Source of the DNA: Polyangiaceae bacterium
GTDB lineage: Bacteria; Myxococcota_A; Polyangia; Polyangiales; Polyangiaceae
Reading direction: 5' to 3'
NCBI GenBank assembly: GCA_044376115.1
Contig: JBILLK010000003.1
Coordinates: 32,001-96,000, forward strand
Length of the DNA stretch: 64,000 nucleotides
Each line of letters opens with the position of its first letter. The stretch's first letter is position 1. Below are positions 1-11,835 of the stretch, piece by piece. The translations under genes and the position numbers were made by a program. The notes beneath the pieces were generated by a model. It was given only the letters and a program-made list of their open reading frames with translations. It was not told where the DNA came from and ran no database searches.

Positions 1-2
1 CG

Positions 3-500
3 GCGTTTCAAGCCGTCTACTACTTTACTGTCGATCAATGGGACGGCTACCGCACTGAGCGGAAGCAAATCCTCGATGCCCTGGCAGGGACGCCCAACGT
101 CGTCGCCTTGACGGGGGATATTCACGGCTTCTTCGCCGCTGAGATTCACGCGGACCCCGCGGACGTCACCACCGAGCCGGTGCTGGTTGAATACGTGACC
201 GCGGGCATCAGCTCCTCCCCGGTACAGGAGATCGCCGCCACGGTGGTCGAGGGTGATGAGGCGTTTGTCGCGCTTGCCGCGCTCGTACCCCAATTCGACA
301 AGGTGCTCACCGAGACCAGTCCGGAGTACAAACACTCGAGCAGCAACGCCCACGGCGTGGCCATCGTCGACGTTACCGCGGAGGAGTTTGCCGTCGAGTT
401 CCTCGAGATCGCCGACGTCAAAAGCAAAGACTGGGACGGCTCGGTCAAGCGAGTAAAATTCAAGACCACCGCCGGCTCGACGCGGGTGACCAGCGCCTAA
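3..500 (+). CDS. PhoD-like alkaline phosphatase D family protein, C-terminal part (5' end outside the window)
   Basis: The frame is open from base 3 and reads DQWDGY...ER..IL...NVVALTGDIH...VEYVTAGISS, the PhoD-family motifs. Confidence 0.8.
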   Translation, partial: AFQAVYYFTVDQWDGYRTERKQILDALAGTPNVVALTGDIHGFFAAEIHADPADVTTEPVLVEYVTAGISSSPVQEIAATVVEGDEAFVALAALVPQFDKVLTETSPEYKHSSSNAHGVAIVDVTAEEFAVEFLEIADVKSKDWDGSVKRVKFKTTAGSTRVTSA

Positions 501-513
501 CGAGAGGCGGCGC

Positions 514-1404
514 TCATTTGTGTGAGGCGCCGTACGCCGCGAGCTCGCTCACCAAGTGGTCGAACACACGGCGCACCTTTGGCGCCTTGCGTTGGTCCTC
601 GTGCATGACGACGAACACCTCGAGCGACAAGCTGAAGCGCGGTAACACTCGCTCGAGGTTTGGGTCCTTCGCGGCGAGGGGCAGCTGGCACACGCCGATG
701 CCCAGTCCGGCGCGCACGGCAGCTAGTTGCACGAGGTCATTGTCGCTGCGAACGACGAATTGGCTGCGTGGCGCGTCGAAGCCGGTCGCCGCCAGGGCGC
801 GCCACGTGGCCCGATCCTGATCCGGCCCAATCAGCGGCCAGCCGGCGAGCTCAGCAAGTTTGCGCGGGGCCCGGCCATGGGATTGCAAGAGCTCGCGAGT
901 GGCGAATAGCCCCAAGCTGATCGGGCCGACGCTGCGTGCGACCAGCGCCGCTTGGGTGGGCGTAGTCATGCGCACGGCGATGTCGGCGTCGCGGCGCAAG
1001 AGGTCCACCAGCCGGTTGCTGGTGACGATCTCGAGATCGAGCCCAGCGCCGCCGGCTACGAGGGGCTGTAGCAGGTTGGGCAGGACCTCAACGCCGACCA
1101 CTTCACTGGCGGCGATGCGCACCGTACCCCGGCCAGCAAACTCGCTCGTGCTCGCGCCGCGCTCGAAGGCACGTGCAGCCGCTTCCATGCGCTCGGCGGT
1201 GGAGAGCAACGTGGTCGCGGCCTCGGTTGGCACAAGGCCGTTAGGCCCCCGGGTGAACAAGGCTCCGCCCAGCGTGCTCTCGAGCACCTCGACGCGCCGG
1301 CGGATCGTAGGCTGGGCCACCGAGAGCTCGCGCGAGGCGGCGGAAAGACTACCGGAGCGCATCACCGCCAAAAAGGTCTCAATCAGATCCCAACCAACGC
1401 TCAT
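514..1404 (-). CDS. LysR family transcriptional regulator
   Basis: N-terminal HTH (FLAVMRSGSLSAASRELSVAQPTIRRR), LFTR, DLLRRDADIAVR; divergent from the next gene. Confidence 0.95.
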   Translation of the reverse strand: MSVGWDLIETFLAVMRSGSLSAASRELSVAQPTIRRRVEVLESTLGGALFTRGPNGLVPTEAATTLLSTAERMEAAARAFERGASTSEFAGRGTVRIAASEVVGVEVLPNLLQPLVAGGAGLDLEIVTSNRLVDLLRRDADIAVRMTTPTQAALVARSVGPISLGLFATRELLQSHGRAPRKLAELAGWPLIGPDQDRATWRALAATGFDAPRSQFVVRSDNDLVQLAAVRAGLGIGVCQLPLAAKDPNLERVLPRFSLSLEVFVVMHEDQRKAPKVRRVFDHLVSELAAYGASHK

Positions 1405-1417
1405 CAAAAAAGTATGA
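1401..1417. promoter_or_regulatory. Dyad TCAT-N9-ATGA, candidate LysR autoregulatory site
   Basis: tcatcaaaaaagtatga overlaps the LysR start within the short divergent intergenic region. Confidence 0.35.
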
Positions 1418-1475
1418 GCGGCTGAACACCTTTCGACAATGGTGATAAGCGGTTAGGGCGCTCATAGTAGCTCCC

Positions 1476-1898
1476 ATGAGCCAAACAATTGCTATCACTG
1501 CCGTCCCCGAAGTCTCAACCGCTGTATCGACCGCCTCAGCCGTGTCAGGATCCCACCGCCTCCATCTGCGGGTCGAGGGGGCGCTAATGCTGGCGTTTGG
1601 CGTGGTGATCTGGCGGCAGCTCGGCGGCAGTTGGGGCTGGTTCGCCGCGTGTTTCCTGGTGCCCGACATCACCCTGGCCGGCTACCTCGCTGGGCCCCGC
1701 GTAGGGGCCTGGCTGTACAATCTCGGTCACTCGCTGATCGGCCCGGCCATGCTCGCTGCATTAGGCGCTAGCGCGAACCAGCCCAGCCTGCTGCTCGCCG
1801 CCGCCTTGTGGCTCGCGCACATCGGCTTTGATCGCATGGCTGGGTATGGCCTCAAAGCTGTATCGGGCTTCCGCGATACCCACTTGGGCAGGCTGTGA
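1476..1898 (+). CDS. DUF4260-like small membrane protein
   Basis: LRVEG...LVPDITLAGYLAGPRVGAWLYNLGHS...WLAHIGFDRMAGYGLK...FRDTHLGR. Confidence 0.8.
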   Translation: MSQTIAITAVPEVSTAVSTASAVSGSHRLHLRVEGALMLAFGVVIWRQLGGSWGWFAACFLVPDITLAGYLAGPRVGAWLYNLGHSLIGPAMLAALGASANQPSLLLAAALWLAHIGFDRMAGYGLKAVSGFRDTHLGRL

Positions 1899-1931
1899 GC
1901 GAGCGATGACTGCTGCGGCTTCGCTTACCGC

Positions 1932-3551
1932 TCAATCGCTGGGGCCGCAGCCGATTACGGCAACGCCGAACTCGTTCTTCGACTCGACCATTTCGCAGTC
2001 GGGGGCTTGGCAGTAGTGCTCGCAGACCTCGCCCTCTTCGGCTTTGCAACCGTATTGGCCGCTTGGGATCGAGAATAGGCAGCCTTCGCCTAGGCACTCG
2101 ACGCTGAGGTCGTCGTCGAGATCGCGCTTGCCCTCGGCGCAGGCGCGCACGCAGACGTTGCTGGCGTCTTTGACGCGGCCCTCAGGGCAACCACCGTCCT
2201 CAGGGCAAGCTCCGTTCTGCTCCAGTGCGCCGCTGGGGCAGACTTTGACGCATTTGCCGTCGAAGCCGGCGGCCTGGCCTTTGGGGCAGTCATCCACCAC
2301 CACATCGTCTTTACGACGTGCAGAGACGGTGGCCGCGACCTGTAGATTCGCCTCGGCGGTCTCGAAGGAGATCCAGCCGTAGCCGCTGTCTCCCCAGGCG
2401 CTGCCCCACGAGTTGCGGATCTCGAAGTACTTGCGGCCTTCGATCGTCTTGTAGCCAATCAACACTACCGCATGGCCGAAGTTGCGACCGCGCGGGTAGT
2501 CCTCAATCACGCCACCGGGCAGTAGATTGTCCGTGTACCAATTGTCGCTCATACGGAAGCCGACCGAGAGATCCTCGCCGTCGGCGATCGCCGCTTGAAG
2601 TTGCTTGGCGGTTGGGCGCCCACCTCCCTCCGCGACGATCTCACGTACGGTGGCCACCTCGAAGGCGACCTTGGCATCGAGCGCGCTGACCTTGTCTGCC
2701 GGGGGCTGGGACTCGCCTTGGAGCCAGCCATCGGCGATGGCCGCGTCATAGGCGAGCCCTTCAGCTTTGGCTGCGTCAGCGAGCGCGGCGCCGAGCGAGA
2801 GCTTGGCGATCGCGTCGTTGTAACTGGTGGTGTGGTACCGCGAGAGAAAGTGCATCTCGGAGAGTACGATCTTGCTCGACGTTGCACCGGCGACAGCGCC
2901 TTCGAGCAGCGCGGTGCTGGCGAACGATATGCAACTAGGTGCGGCGCCTTGGTTCTTGATCGAGCCGAAGCGCGCGCGATGGCTCACCTCTTCGGGCAGC
3001 TCTTTCTCGGGTGCATCGAGTGGAGCAGCACCTTTGGGCAATACCCCCTTACCACCGAACTCCGAGTTGGCAGCGTCATCATCGTCGGTGGCCTCTTCGC
3101 ACTCGACGGCGACCCATTCACCCTTGTTGTCGAACCAGTCACAGATGAGTACGCCGTCGGCTGCGAGCGGCGGGCGGCGCGCAGGCGGTGAGCCGTCCGC
3201 ATTGCATTTGCCGGGGTAGACGCCGACGCCTTTGGGCACCCCGTCGCAGATCCACTCGCAGGCGGTGTAGCTCTTCTTGTCGGTACCACAGTAAAACTCA
3301 GCAGCGTCTGTAGTGTCCTTGGCGCACTCGCTGAGGCATTCATCCTTGCTCTCGGACGGCGGTAGCGCGCCGCCTTTGGGGCTTGCAGCAGGTGACGCAG
3401 GGGCGGCCGAGGCTGCCGAGGCTGTGGCCGAAGCAGGCACCGCTTGGGCCGAAGCCGAAGCGCTGGACGTAGCCTCTCCGCTGCTGCAGGCGCAGAGCAG
3501 GAGCGAGGGGAGCAGGGTGAAGAACGGTGAGTGCGAAGGTCGACGAATCAC
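1932..3551 (-). CDS. Papain-like (C1) cysteine peptidase lipoprotein with N-terminal Kazal-like and C-terminal Cys-rich domains
   Basis: NQGAAPSC (Gln/Cys), GHAVVLIGY (His), IRNSWGSAWGDSGYGW (Asn); lipobox LLLCAC. Start uncertain; the ORF is open to 3599. Confidence 0.85.
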   Translation of the reverse strand: MIRRPSHSPFFTLLPSLLLCACSSGEATSSASASAQAVPASATASAASAAPASPAASPKGGALPPSESKDECLSECAKDTTDAAEFYCGTDKKSYTACEWICDGVPKGVGVYPGKCNADGSPPARRPPLAADGVLICDWFDNKGEWVAVECEEATDDDDAANSEFGGKGVLPKGAAPLDAPEKELPEEVSHRARFGSIKNQGAAPSCISFASTALLEGAVAGATSSKIVLSEMHFLSRYHTTSYNDAIAKLSLGAALADAAKAEGLAYDAAIADGWLQGESQPPADKVSALDAKVAFEVATVREIVAEGGGRPTAKQLQAAIADGEDLSVGFRMSDNWYTDNLLPGGVIEDYPRGRNFGHAVVLIGYKTIEGRKYFEIRNSWGSAWGDSGYGWISFETAEANLQVAATVSARRKDDVVVDDCPKGQAAGFDGKCVKVCPSGALEQNGACPEDGGCPEGRVKDASNVCVRACAEGKRDLDDDLSVECLGEGCLFSIPSGQYGCKAEEGEVCEHYCQAPDCEMVESKNEFGVAVIGCGPSD

Positions 3552-3606
3552 CCGCGCAGGGTACGGCACGAGTGCCCGCCAATGCGAGCACTCGCGCACG
3601 AGTCAT

Positions 3607-4119
3607 TCACCAGTACCCCTCCCACTCGGCAGGGACGTTGACGCTCTCTTCACGCAAGAGCGCCATGCGTGACTTGGCCAGCCGCGTAGGCCGTACCGGC
3701 TTGCGCAGAAGGCGCATCGAGGCCTGCTCCGGCGTGCGGCCGGCCTTCTTCTGGTTGCAGGGGTAGCAGGAGGTTACGATGTTGTCCCACGCCGAGCGGC
3801 CACCTTGGGATTTAGGCAATACGTGGTCGAGGTTGAGCATCGCCTTGTCCCGCGTGATACCGCAGTACTGACAGGTGAAGTCGTCGCGTAGGAAGATATT
3901 GCTGCGCGAGAAGGCCGGGCCCTTCGAACGAAAGTGCGGCGCGCGACGTTGCCGCACGACGGCGGGGATACGCAAGGAGGTCGAGGGGGAGTGGATGATG
4001 ACCTCGTACTCCTGCATGACCTCTACCTTGCCGAGGAAGCTGAGCACGATGGCCTTCTGCCACGAGATCACTCGCGCAGGCGACATCCACGGGGTGAGCA
4101 AGAGGGTGTTGAGTGACAT
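3607..4119 (-). CDS. HNH endonuclease (McrA-like, stand-alone)
   Basis: FSRSNIFLRDDFTCQYCG...LNLDHVLPKSQGGRSAWDNIVTSCYPCNQKKAGRTP; GGAG RBS upstream of ATG 4119. Confidence 0.9.
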   Translation of the reverse strand: MSLNTLLLTPWMSPARVISWQKAIVLSFLGKVEVMQEYEVIIHSPSTSLRIPAVVRQRRAPHFRSKGPAFSRSNIFLRDDFTCQYCGITRDKAMLNLDHVLPKSQGGRSAWDNIVTSCYPCNQKKAGRTPEQASMRLLRKPVRPTRLAKSRMALLREESVNVPAEWEGYW

Positions 4120-4244
4120 GGTACTGCTCCGAGTTTGGTACGACCCTCCCGTTGCTATCTCGGGGCTTTCGGGATCAGCGCGAGGAGGCCTTGCTCCAAG
4201 TCTGATGCAAAAGGCGCGATCGGTCAGGTCATGTCGCCGAGGGA

Positions 4245-4280
4245 CGAGCTGAGGCGCGTTGACTGACGCGCCCCAGCTCG
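4245..4280 (-). terminator. Strong 15-bp GC hairpin downstream of the MFS gene and upstream of the HNH gene
   Basis: Minus strand CGAGCTGGGGCGCGT-CAGTCA-ACGCGCCTCAGCTCG with one G-U pair; no U tract. Confidence 0.4.
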
Positions 4281-4289
4281 GTCGTATGC

Positions 4290-5504
4290 TCAGACTCGTT
4301 CGCCGCTCGGTAGGACGCGATTCGGCACGAGCAGGTACATGGCCGCCACCCCGAGTCCGATGATGAAGGTGATAGCCCACAGGGTGTTAAGGCTGGTGTG
4401 CTCGATCAAGGTGGGCCCCACGGCCGGAGAAACCACCATCGCCAGGCTCCATGTCATGCCGAAGGCGCCCTGGTAACGTCCGCGCAAGTTTTGGGGCGAG
4501 GCGTCTGCGACCACGCTAGCGTTGATCGGCGCAAACACGATCTCCCCGAGCGTCCACACAGCGACCGTTGCGCTTACAGCAACCAGGTTGTGGGCAAAGG
4601 CGGTAAGTCCAAAGCCCAAGCCGGTGAGTACGGAAGCGAGAGCCAGCAGGTAGTGCCGCTTACGGCCGCGGGCCAGCCGGGTGACCAGCGGTTGTAACAG
4701 CACAATCAAGAGACCGTTGGTGGCTAACGCGATACCGAAGTCCTGCGTCGAGAGGCCGTGCGCCCTCATCTGTTCGGGTAGCCCCGTAAGGTGTTGGAAG
4801 AACACCAGCACCAAGATGAAGTTGAGCAGCAGGAAGAGTCGATACTTGCGATCCAAGAAGGGCGTGAGGAAGTGACCCGTCCGCTCCTGCGCCAGGGGCT
4901 TGGCTCGACTCTCCGGTACCCAGCGGAGGATGATGCCTGCGAGGAGCACGGTGGTCAGCGCGTCCAGGAAGAATAATAGCGTAAAGTTCTTACTGGCCAT
5001 ATATCCGCCCACCACTGCCGCCAGAGCGAATCCCAAGTTGACCGACCAATATTGAAGACTAAACGCCTTCACGCGGTGCTCGGTCGGGACGATGTCGGCG
5101 ACCAGCGCATGGCTCGCCGGTCGAAAGGCGTCACTGGTGACACTCAGCGCGAAGGTGGCAAGAGCGATCAGCGGGAGGCTTTGAACCAGCCCGAGGGTGA
5201 CCATGAAGAAGGCTCCCGAAAGCAGTGAGGCGACCATGGTGATGCGCCTGCCGAAGCGGTCGGCTGCTGCACCACCAAGCAAGGTGCCGATCACCGAGCC
5301 GACGCCGTAAAGCGAAACGATGAGGCCCGCCAGTGGCAGCGGCAGACCGCGCGTCTGCGTCAGATACACAAACAAAAGCGGCACCACGAAGGTGCCGGCA
5401 CGGGTGATGAAGGTACCCACTAAAAGCGCCCAGAAAGCTCTGGGCAGACCGGATCTCAGCTCACCTGCCACGCGTGACAAGGAGCTCAAGGTTGAAGCCG
5501 TCAT
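4290..5504 (-). CDS. MFS transporter
   Basis: About 12 hydrophobic segments; motif A GGAAADRFGRR; second-half RGRYQG. Confidence 0.93.
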   Translation of the reverse strand: MTASTLSSLSRVAGELRSGLPRAFWALLVGTFITRAGTFVVPLLFVYLTQTRGLPLPLAGLIVSLYGVGSVIGTLLGGAAADRFGRRITMVASLLSGAFFMVTLGLVQSLPLIALATFALSVTSDAFRPASHALVADIVPTEHRVKAFSLQYWSVNLGFALAAVVGGYMASKNFTLLFFLDALTTVLLAGIILRWVPESRAKPLAQERTGHFLTPFLDRKYRLFLLLNFILVLVFFQHLTGLPEQMRAHGLSTQDFGIALATNGLLIVLLQPLVTRLARGRKRHYLLALASVLTGLGFGLTAFAHNLVAVSATVAVWTLGEIVFAPINASVVADASPQNLRGRYQGAFGMTWSLAMVVSPAVGPTLIEHTSLNTLWAITFIIGLGVAAMYLLVPNRVLPSGERV

Positions 5505-5561
5505 GCAAGAGCTGACGCACTGCAGCGGAGAAGCTGACGCCGTTCGAGGTGTTGGGCCGAC

Positions 5562-6326
5562 TCAGGGTTCCACGCGCAAGCAGTAGTCGAAGTTCTCGGC
5601 GCCGCCTTTGCCGTAGACCCGAGCCCAATATTTGCCGGCTGGCAATCCCGAGGCTGTGGCCTCCTCGTTGCTGTCCGCGGAGTACGACCCCGTTACGTAA
5701 TCATTGGTGAGGCTCGAGTAGATCTCCAGATCCAGATCACCGTCTACCTGGGCGAAGGTCAACGTGGCGGTAAAGCCATTGACGATGTTGAAGGCAAACC
5801 AGTCGAAGTCTCCGCTGCAAACGCTCAGGTTGCAGTAGTCGACATTGAAGCTTATCGGCGTGGCGCTACCGGATCCGTTGTTGCCCTCGAAGTTGTCGGC
5901 GCTGCAGCTGCAGGTGCCGCAGTCATCCGGGCAAACGTCGCAATCTTCATTCGCGTCGCAATTGCCGTCTCCGCAGTTCGCGCAAACGCCGCAGTCTTCC
6001 TCGCAGCTCGCGCAATCTTCCGACTGCTCGCAGCTTCCGTCCCCGCAAACGCCAGCGCAGCTGCAGTCGGCCGGGCAGGTGATGCAGTCTTCAATCCCGT
6101 TGCACGAGCCGTCACCGCAGGCTGGCCCGCCACCATTGCTGGGTACTCCACCGAAGCCGCCGCTGCCGACGTCCCCGCCGAAGCCGCCGATCGGCGTTTC
6201 TCCGCCGCTGCTCTCAAAGCCGCCGTAGCCGGAACCACCGCCGCCGACGATCACGCCGTCGGTCTCGAGCGGATCGCTGCTCACACACGCCACCAAGAGC
6301 GCAGAAGCTAAGAGCCATCGGCACAT
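5562..6326 (-). CDS. Cys-rich lipoprotein with CGDGxC repeats and a C-terminal PPC-like domain
   Basis: Lipobox LLVAC, three CGDG.C...E.C..C..DC units, DxDWF...GDLDLEIY...GKYWARV. Start placed at MCRW (6326). Confidence 0.75.
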   Translation of the reverse strand: MCRWLLASALLVACVSSDPLETDGVIVGGGGSGYGGFESSGGETPIGGFGGDVGSGGFGGVPSNGGGPACGDGSCNGIEDCITCPADCSCAGVCGDGSCEQSEDCASCEEDCGVCANCGDGNCDANEDCDVCPDDCGTCSCSADNFEGNNGSGSATPISFNVDYCNLSVCSGDFDWFAFNIVNGFTATLTFAQVDGDLDLEIYSSLTNDYVTGSYSADSNEEATASGLPAGKYWARVYGKGGAENFDYCLRVEP

Positions 6327-6373
6327 GCGCTGCAGTCTACCAGCATTGCCGCGGCCCGACGATGGCAGGCTTG

Positions 6374-7540
6374 TCACAACACCGCGATCGAGGCCTCGAG
6401 CAGCGTCGCAAGCTCGCGCGAGGGCATCGGCCAATTGGCTGCTGGGCGCACGAGCAGCGTTGTTCGAGGGGTCGGCTCGCGCAGGTCCAGCTGCAACAGC
6501 CCCAACCAAAGCGAGCCCGCCGAGTTCGCCAAGTGCGCTGCACCGGCCGAAGCTCGTCGTGCGGCGGCCTCGAGCAGCCGCGTGGCCGGCTCGTCGGTTT
6601 CGTCCGAGGCGGCCGGCAGAATCACGTTGGCTAGTAGGAAAGCCGCTGGTGCATCGGCAGCGCGCTCGGCCTCTTTGGAGCGCGCTTCGAGCTGCTTTTT
6701 GAAGGCTGGTAACGCCTGCGAGACGAGGCTGGCTGGACCCTCCGCTGCACGTTCGGCGATCACCACGTCAAATTGTAGAGCGCCCACTTGCAAGGGCAGC
6801 GCACCCGTTGGCCGACTCGTGAGCGTTTCGAGCGAGCTCAGAAAGGCCGTGACTCCGTCGTTCGCGCCCGACGTCGCAGCGGCGGCCCGACCTCGGTACC
6901 AGGTGACGCTCTCGAGCTCTTGGCCAAGCCGCTGACCGAGCGCGCTCACGCCCTCGGCGATGCGCAGCCGCAGCTTGCTGAAGCCGCTGCCGATCGCCGG
7001 TTTGAGCTCGACGCCGACGTTCACTTTCTTCTGGCCCAAACAGGCTTGAAAGGCCGACGGAGATCGCGGCCCGGCCAGGCCGCCCAGCGACTGCAACAGG
7101 CCCTTGTTGTTGAGATGATCGAGCGCCAAGAGCTCGGCCGCTGCCGAATCCCAAAGAGCTTCGGCGAGCAGCGGTTCTTCGTTCGAAGTCAGGTCGACGA
7201 CGCGCGGAGCCAACTCGGCTGGCTTGAAGCGCTTGCTGAGACGGCCCAGCGGAGCCTCCAAATAGCGCAGCGGGTTGATCGGAGCGGCTGGCTCCGGCTC
7301 GGCTGCTAGCGGCTCGGGAGCTACCGAGGCGACCACCGGCTCGGGTTCTGCGATGGGCTCCGCGGGCGGTTCAGGTTCCTCTGCGATCGGCTCCGGCGCT
7401 GGGCTGAGCAAGGCTGCCCGTTCGAAGGCCTCGGCCTCGAGCCAATTGAGCTTGTCGCTTGAGCCAGGGCGGTCGAGGGACAGGTAGTAAGCCCGTAGTC
7501 GAATCCGTTCCAGCAGCTCCCCGCCAAGCTCCGTCGTCAT
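6374..7540 (-). CDS. Hypothetical protein with an N-terminal DUF2934-like domain and Pro/Glu linker
   Basis: ERIRLRAYYLSLDR...NWLEAE is the DUF2934 pattern. The upstream ORF extension overlaps the divergent gene, so the start is placed at 7540. Confidence 0.65.
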   Translation of the reverse strand: MTTELGGELLERIRLRAYYLSLDRPGSSDKLNWLEAEAFERAALLSPAPEPIAEEPEPPAEPIAEPEPVVASVAPEPLAAEPEPAAPINPLRYLEAPLGRLSKRFKPAELAPRVVDLTSNEEPLLAEALWDSAAAELLALDHLNNKGLLQSLGGLAGPRSPSAFQACLGQKKVNVGVELKPAIGSGFSKLRLRIAEGVSALGQRLGQELESVTWYRGRAAAATSGANDGVTAFLSSLETLTSRPTGALPLQVGALQFDVVIAERAAEGPASLVSQALPAFKKQLEARSKEAERAADAPAAFLLANVILPAASDETDEPATRLLEAAARRASAGAAHLANSAGSLWLGLLQLDLREPTPRTTLLVRPAANWPMPSRELATLLEASIAVL

Positions 7541-7637
7541 GGGTGCGAGCCTAGCCGTACGCGGAACCAAGTCTTCAAACAATGTGAAGTCATGCTGAGG
7601 TCGCGAGTGTGGAGCTCTGTTGATAGCCTGCTCCGCG

Positions 7638-8666
7638 ATGAAGAACTCCGCACGCTGGCTGTTGCTCGGTCTCGCCCTCGCTGCCACCCATTGTGACAGC
7701 AAGAAGTCCAAGCCCAGTACGGATGACGAGTCCGAAGAGGACGACAAACCGAGCAAGCGCTCGAAGAAGGCTGCTAGCTCAGCAACAGCGAGCGCGTCCA
7801 ACGCCGTCGCGATCGCTCCGGGTTCGCCGCCGGAGACCAAGCCCACGCCGGTGCCGGTGGAAGCCGGTCCGCCGCCGAGCTTCAAGCTGGGTGCGACCAA
7901 CTTCAAGCTCAACGAGACCATCAGCGTGACCTTCGATCGGCCGTTGGTCGCACCGGAGGGCCAGCAATATTGGATCACGCTGGTGGACCCGAACGCCCCC
8001 GATACGACGTATGGCGCGTGGCATTACCTAAAGAGCGCCGTCACGGAAGACAAATTGGTTGCGGCCGAGCTGGGCGACTTCGAAGTGCGCTTCTACGATC
8101 TGCACCCGCAGACCAAGTACAAGGTGCTCACGCGCCAGCGCATCTCGATCGTCGAGTGCCGTCAGGTCTCCGATTGTCCGGGCAGCGGCCCGTTGTGTGA
8201 GGCTGGCCGCTGCGTGGGTGCGGGCAGTAGCCCCGTGCCGATCGAGCCGGTTGAAGACGGTGAGCTCGGGCCGGATGGTTGGCCGGTGATCATCCCGCCG
8301 GTGGGCTCGAAGGCGCCTTCCGTCGCCGAGTGGCAAGCGGTGCCCAAGGAGGTAACCGTGCGCGGCTCCGGCGCCCTCAAATGCGAGACGAAGATGCTGC
8401 GCGAGTGGCTGCGCATCAACTGCAAGGCCAACAACCTGGGTGTACCGGTGGCGATGGAGCACAACCCCGCGTTCGGACAACAGGCCTTCAAGTTCGTCGC
8501 CGAGGGCTCAGTCGCGAGCGCGGTCTTGCAGATGATTCCGAACAAGAACTACATCGCTGACTTCACCTGGGCGAGCCCGGATATGGGCACAACCACGTAT
8601 ACCGTCACCATCTCCTGGAACAACGGCCGGCCGGTCGGCGCGTTCAATCTGCCCGGTGGGATGTAG
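7638..8666 (+). CDS. Putative lipoprotein of unknown function
   Basis: Signal peptide ending LAATHC, low-complexity linker, Ig-like and Cys-containing domains; GC3-rich codon usage. Confidence 0.75.
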   Translation: MKNSARWLLLGLALAATHCDSKKSKPSTDDESEEDDKPSKRSKKAASSATASASNAVAIAPGSPPETKPTPVPVEAGPPPSFKLGATNFKLNETISVTFDRPLVAPEGQQYWITLVDPNAPDTTYGAWHYLKSAVTEDKLVAAELGDFEVRFYDLHPQTKYKVLTRQRISIVECRQVSDCPGSGPLCEAGRCVGAGSSPVPIEPVEDGELGPDGWPVIIPPVGSKAPSVAEWQAVPKEVTVRGSGALKCETKMLREWLRINCKANNLGVPVAMEHNPAFGQQAFKFVAEGSVASAVLQMIPNKNYIADFTWASPDMGTTTYTVTISWNNGRPVGAFNLPGGM

Positions 8667-8688
8667 CTCTATCGCAACCTTGGGTCGC

Positions 8689-9288
8689 TCAGCGACGCGC
8701 TTCCCACGCAACCTGGAAGTGGCTCTCGCTGTGCGGCCCACGCATCGTTCGACCCAGGCACTCGACGGTGCTCAGACTTCCCGATAGCGCAATCACCTCC
8801 TCGAATACGGCCGACCAGGTTTCGGAGGTCATGGCCGTCTCGGTCACGTACGCCGAGTGAAGGACGAGCTCGCCGCCATGGTCGCTGGTGGCGGAAAACT
8901 TCGTGCGAAAGCCTTTGCTGACGGATTGGGTGCCAATATCGAGGTGAGTGAGGAAGGTCAGAGGAGTCGCGCCAAATACGTTCACGATGCCTTGGATGAT
9001 CGGCCGAAGAATCACGAACGTCGTCGTTTTCGTCGCCCACTTCGTCATCTGACGGACCTCAGCTGCACCAAACAAAGCACCAACCGCGTCGCATAGATCG
9101 GCGAAGTACGTGGCGTTGACCCAACCGCTCGCTGGTCCGTCCTCACAGAGCTCAATGGTCTCCGCTTGAAGCCGTGCACGTACGATGTCGAAGTGACCCT
9201 GGTTTCGAAGGTAGGTCACGTAGGACGCAAACATCCGCGCCCTGAGCTTCGCTTCAAGTCCGTCGTCGAAGCGACCCGCGTTCCCCAC
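8689..9288 (-). CDS. Hypothetical protein resembling myxobacterial DUF2378/V4R-like small domains
   Basis: KLRARMFAS...ASGWV...and C-terminal FQVAW pattern; fills the gap between neighbours. Confidence 0.55.
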   Translation of the reverse strand: MGNAGRFDDGLEAKLRARMFASYVTYLRNQGHFDIVRARLQAETIELCEDGPASGWVNATYFADLCDAVGALFGAAEVRQMTKWATKTTTFVILRPIIQGIVNVFGATPLTFLTHLDIGTQSVSKGFRTKFSATSDHGGELVLHSAYVTETAMTSETWSAVFEEVIALSGSLSTVECLGRTMRGPHSESHFQVAWEARR

Positions 9289-9348
9289 TCATCGTTGATA
9301 CGCCCATGGCTCTCCGTCACAAGGGCCTTGCTCTCGTTGGAGCAAGAT

Positions 9349-11822
<2,474 letters not shown>

Positions 11823-11835
11823 TCAAGCCGCCGAA

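Noticed and set aside
3607..4380. HNH gene as IscB or Cas9-like, and its 257-aa extended ORF
   Set aside because: No RuvC or PLMP motifs. The extension overlaps the MFS gene, and a good RBS supports ATG 4119.
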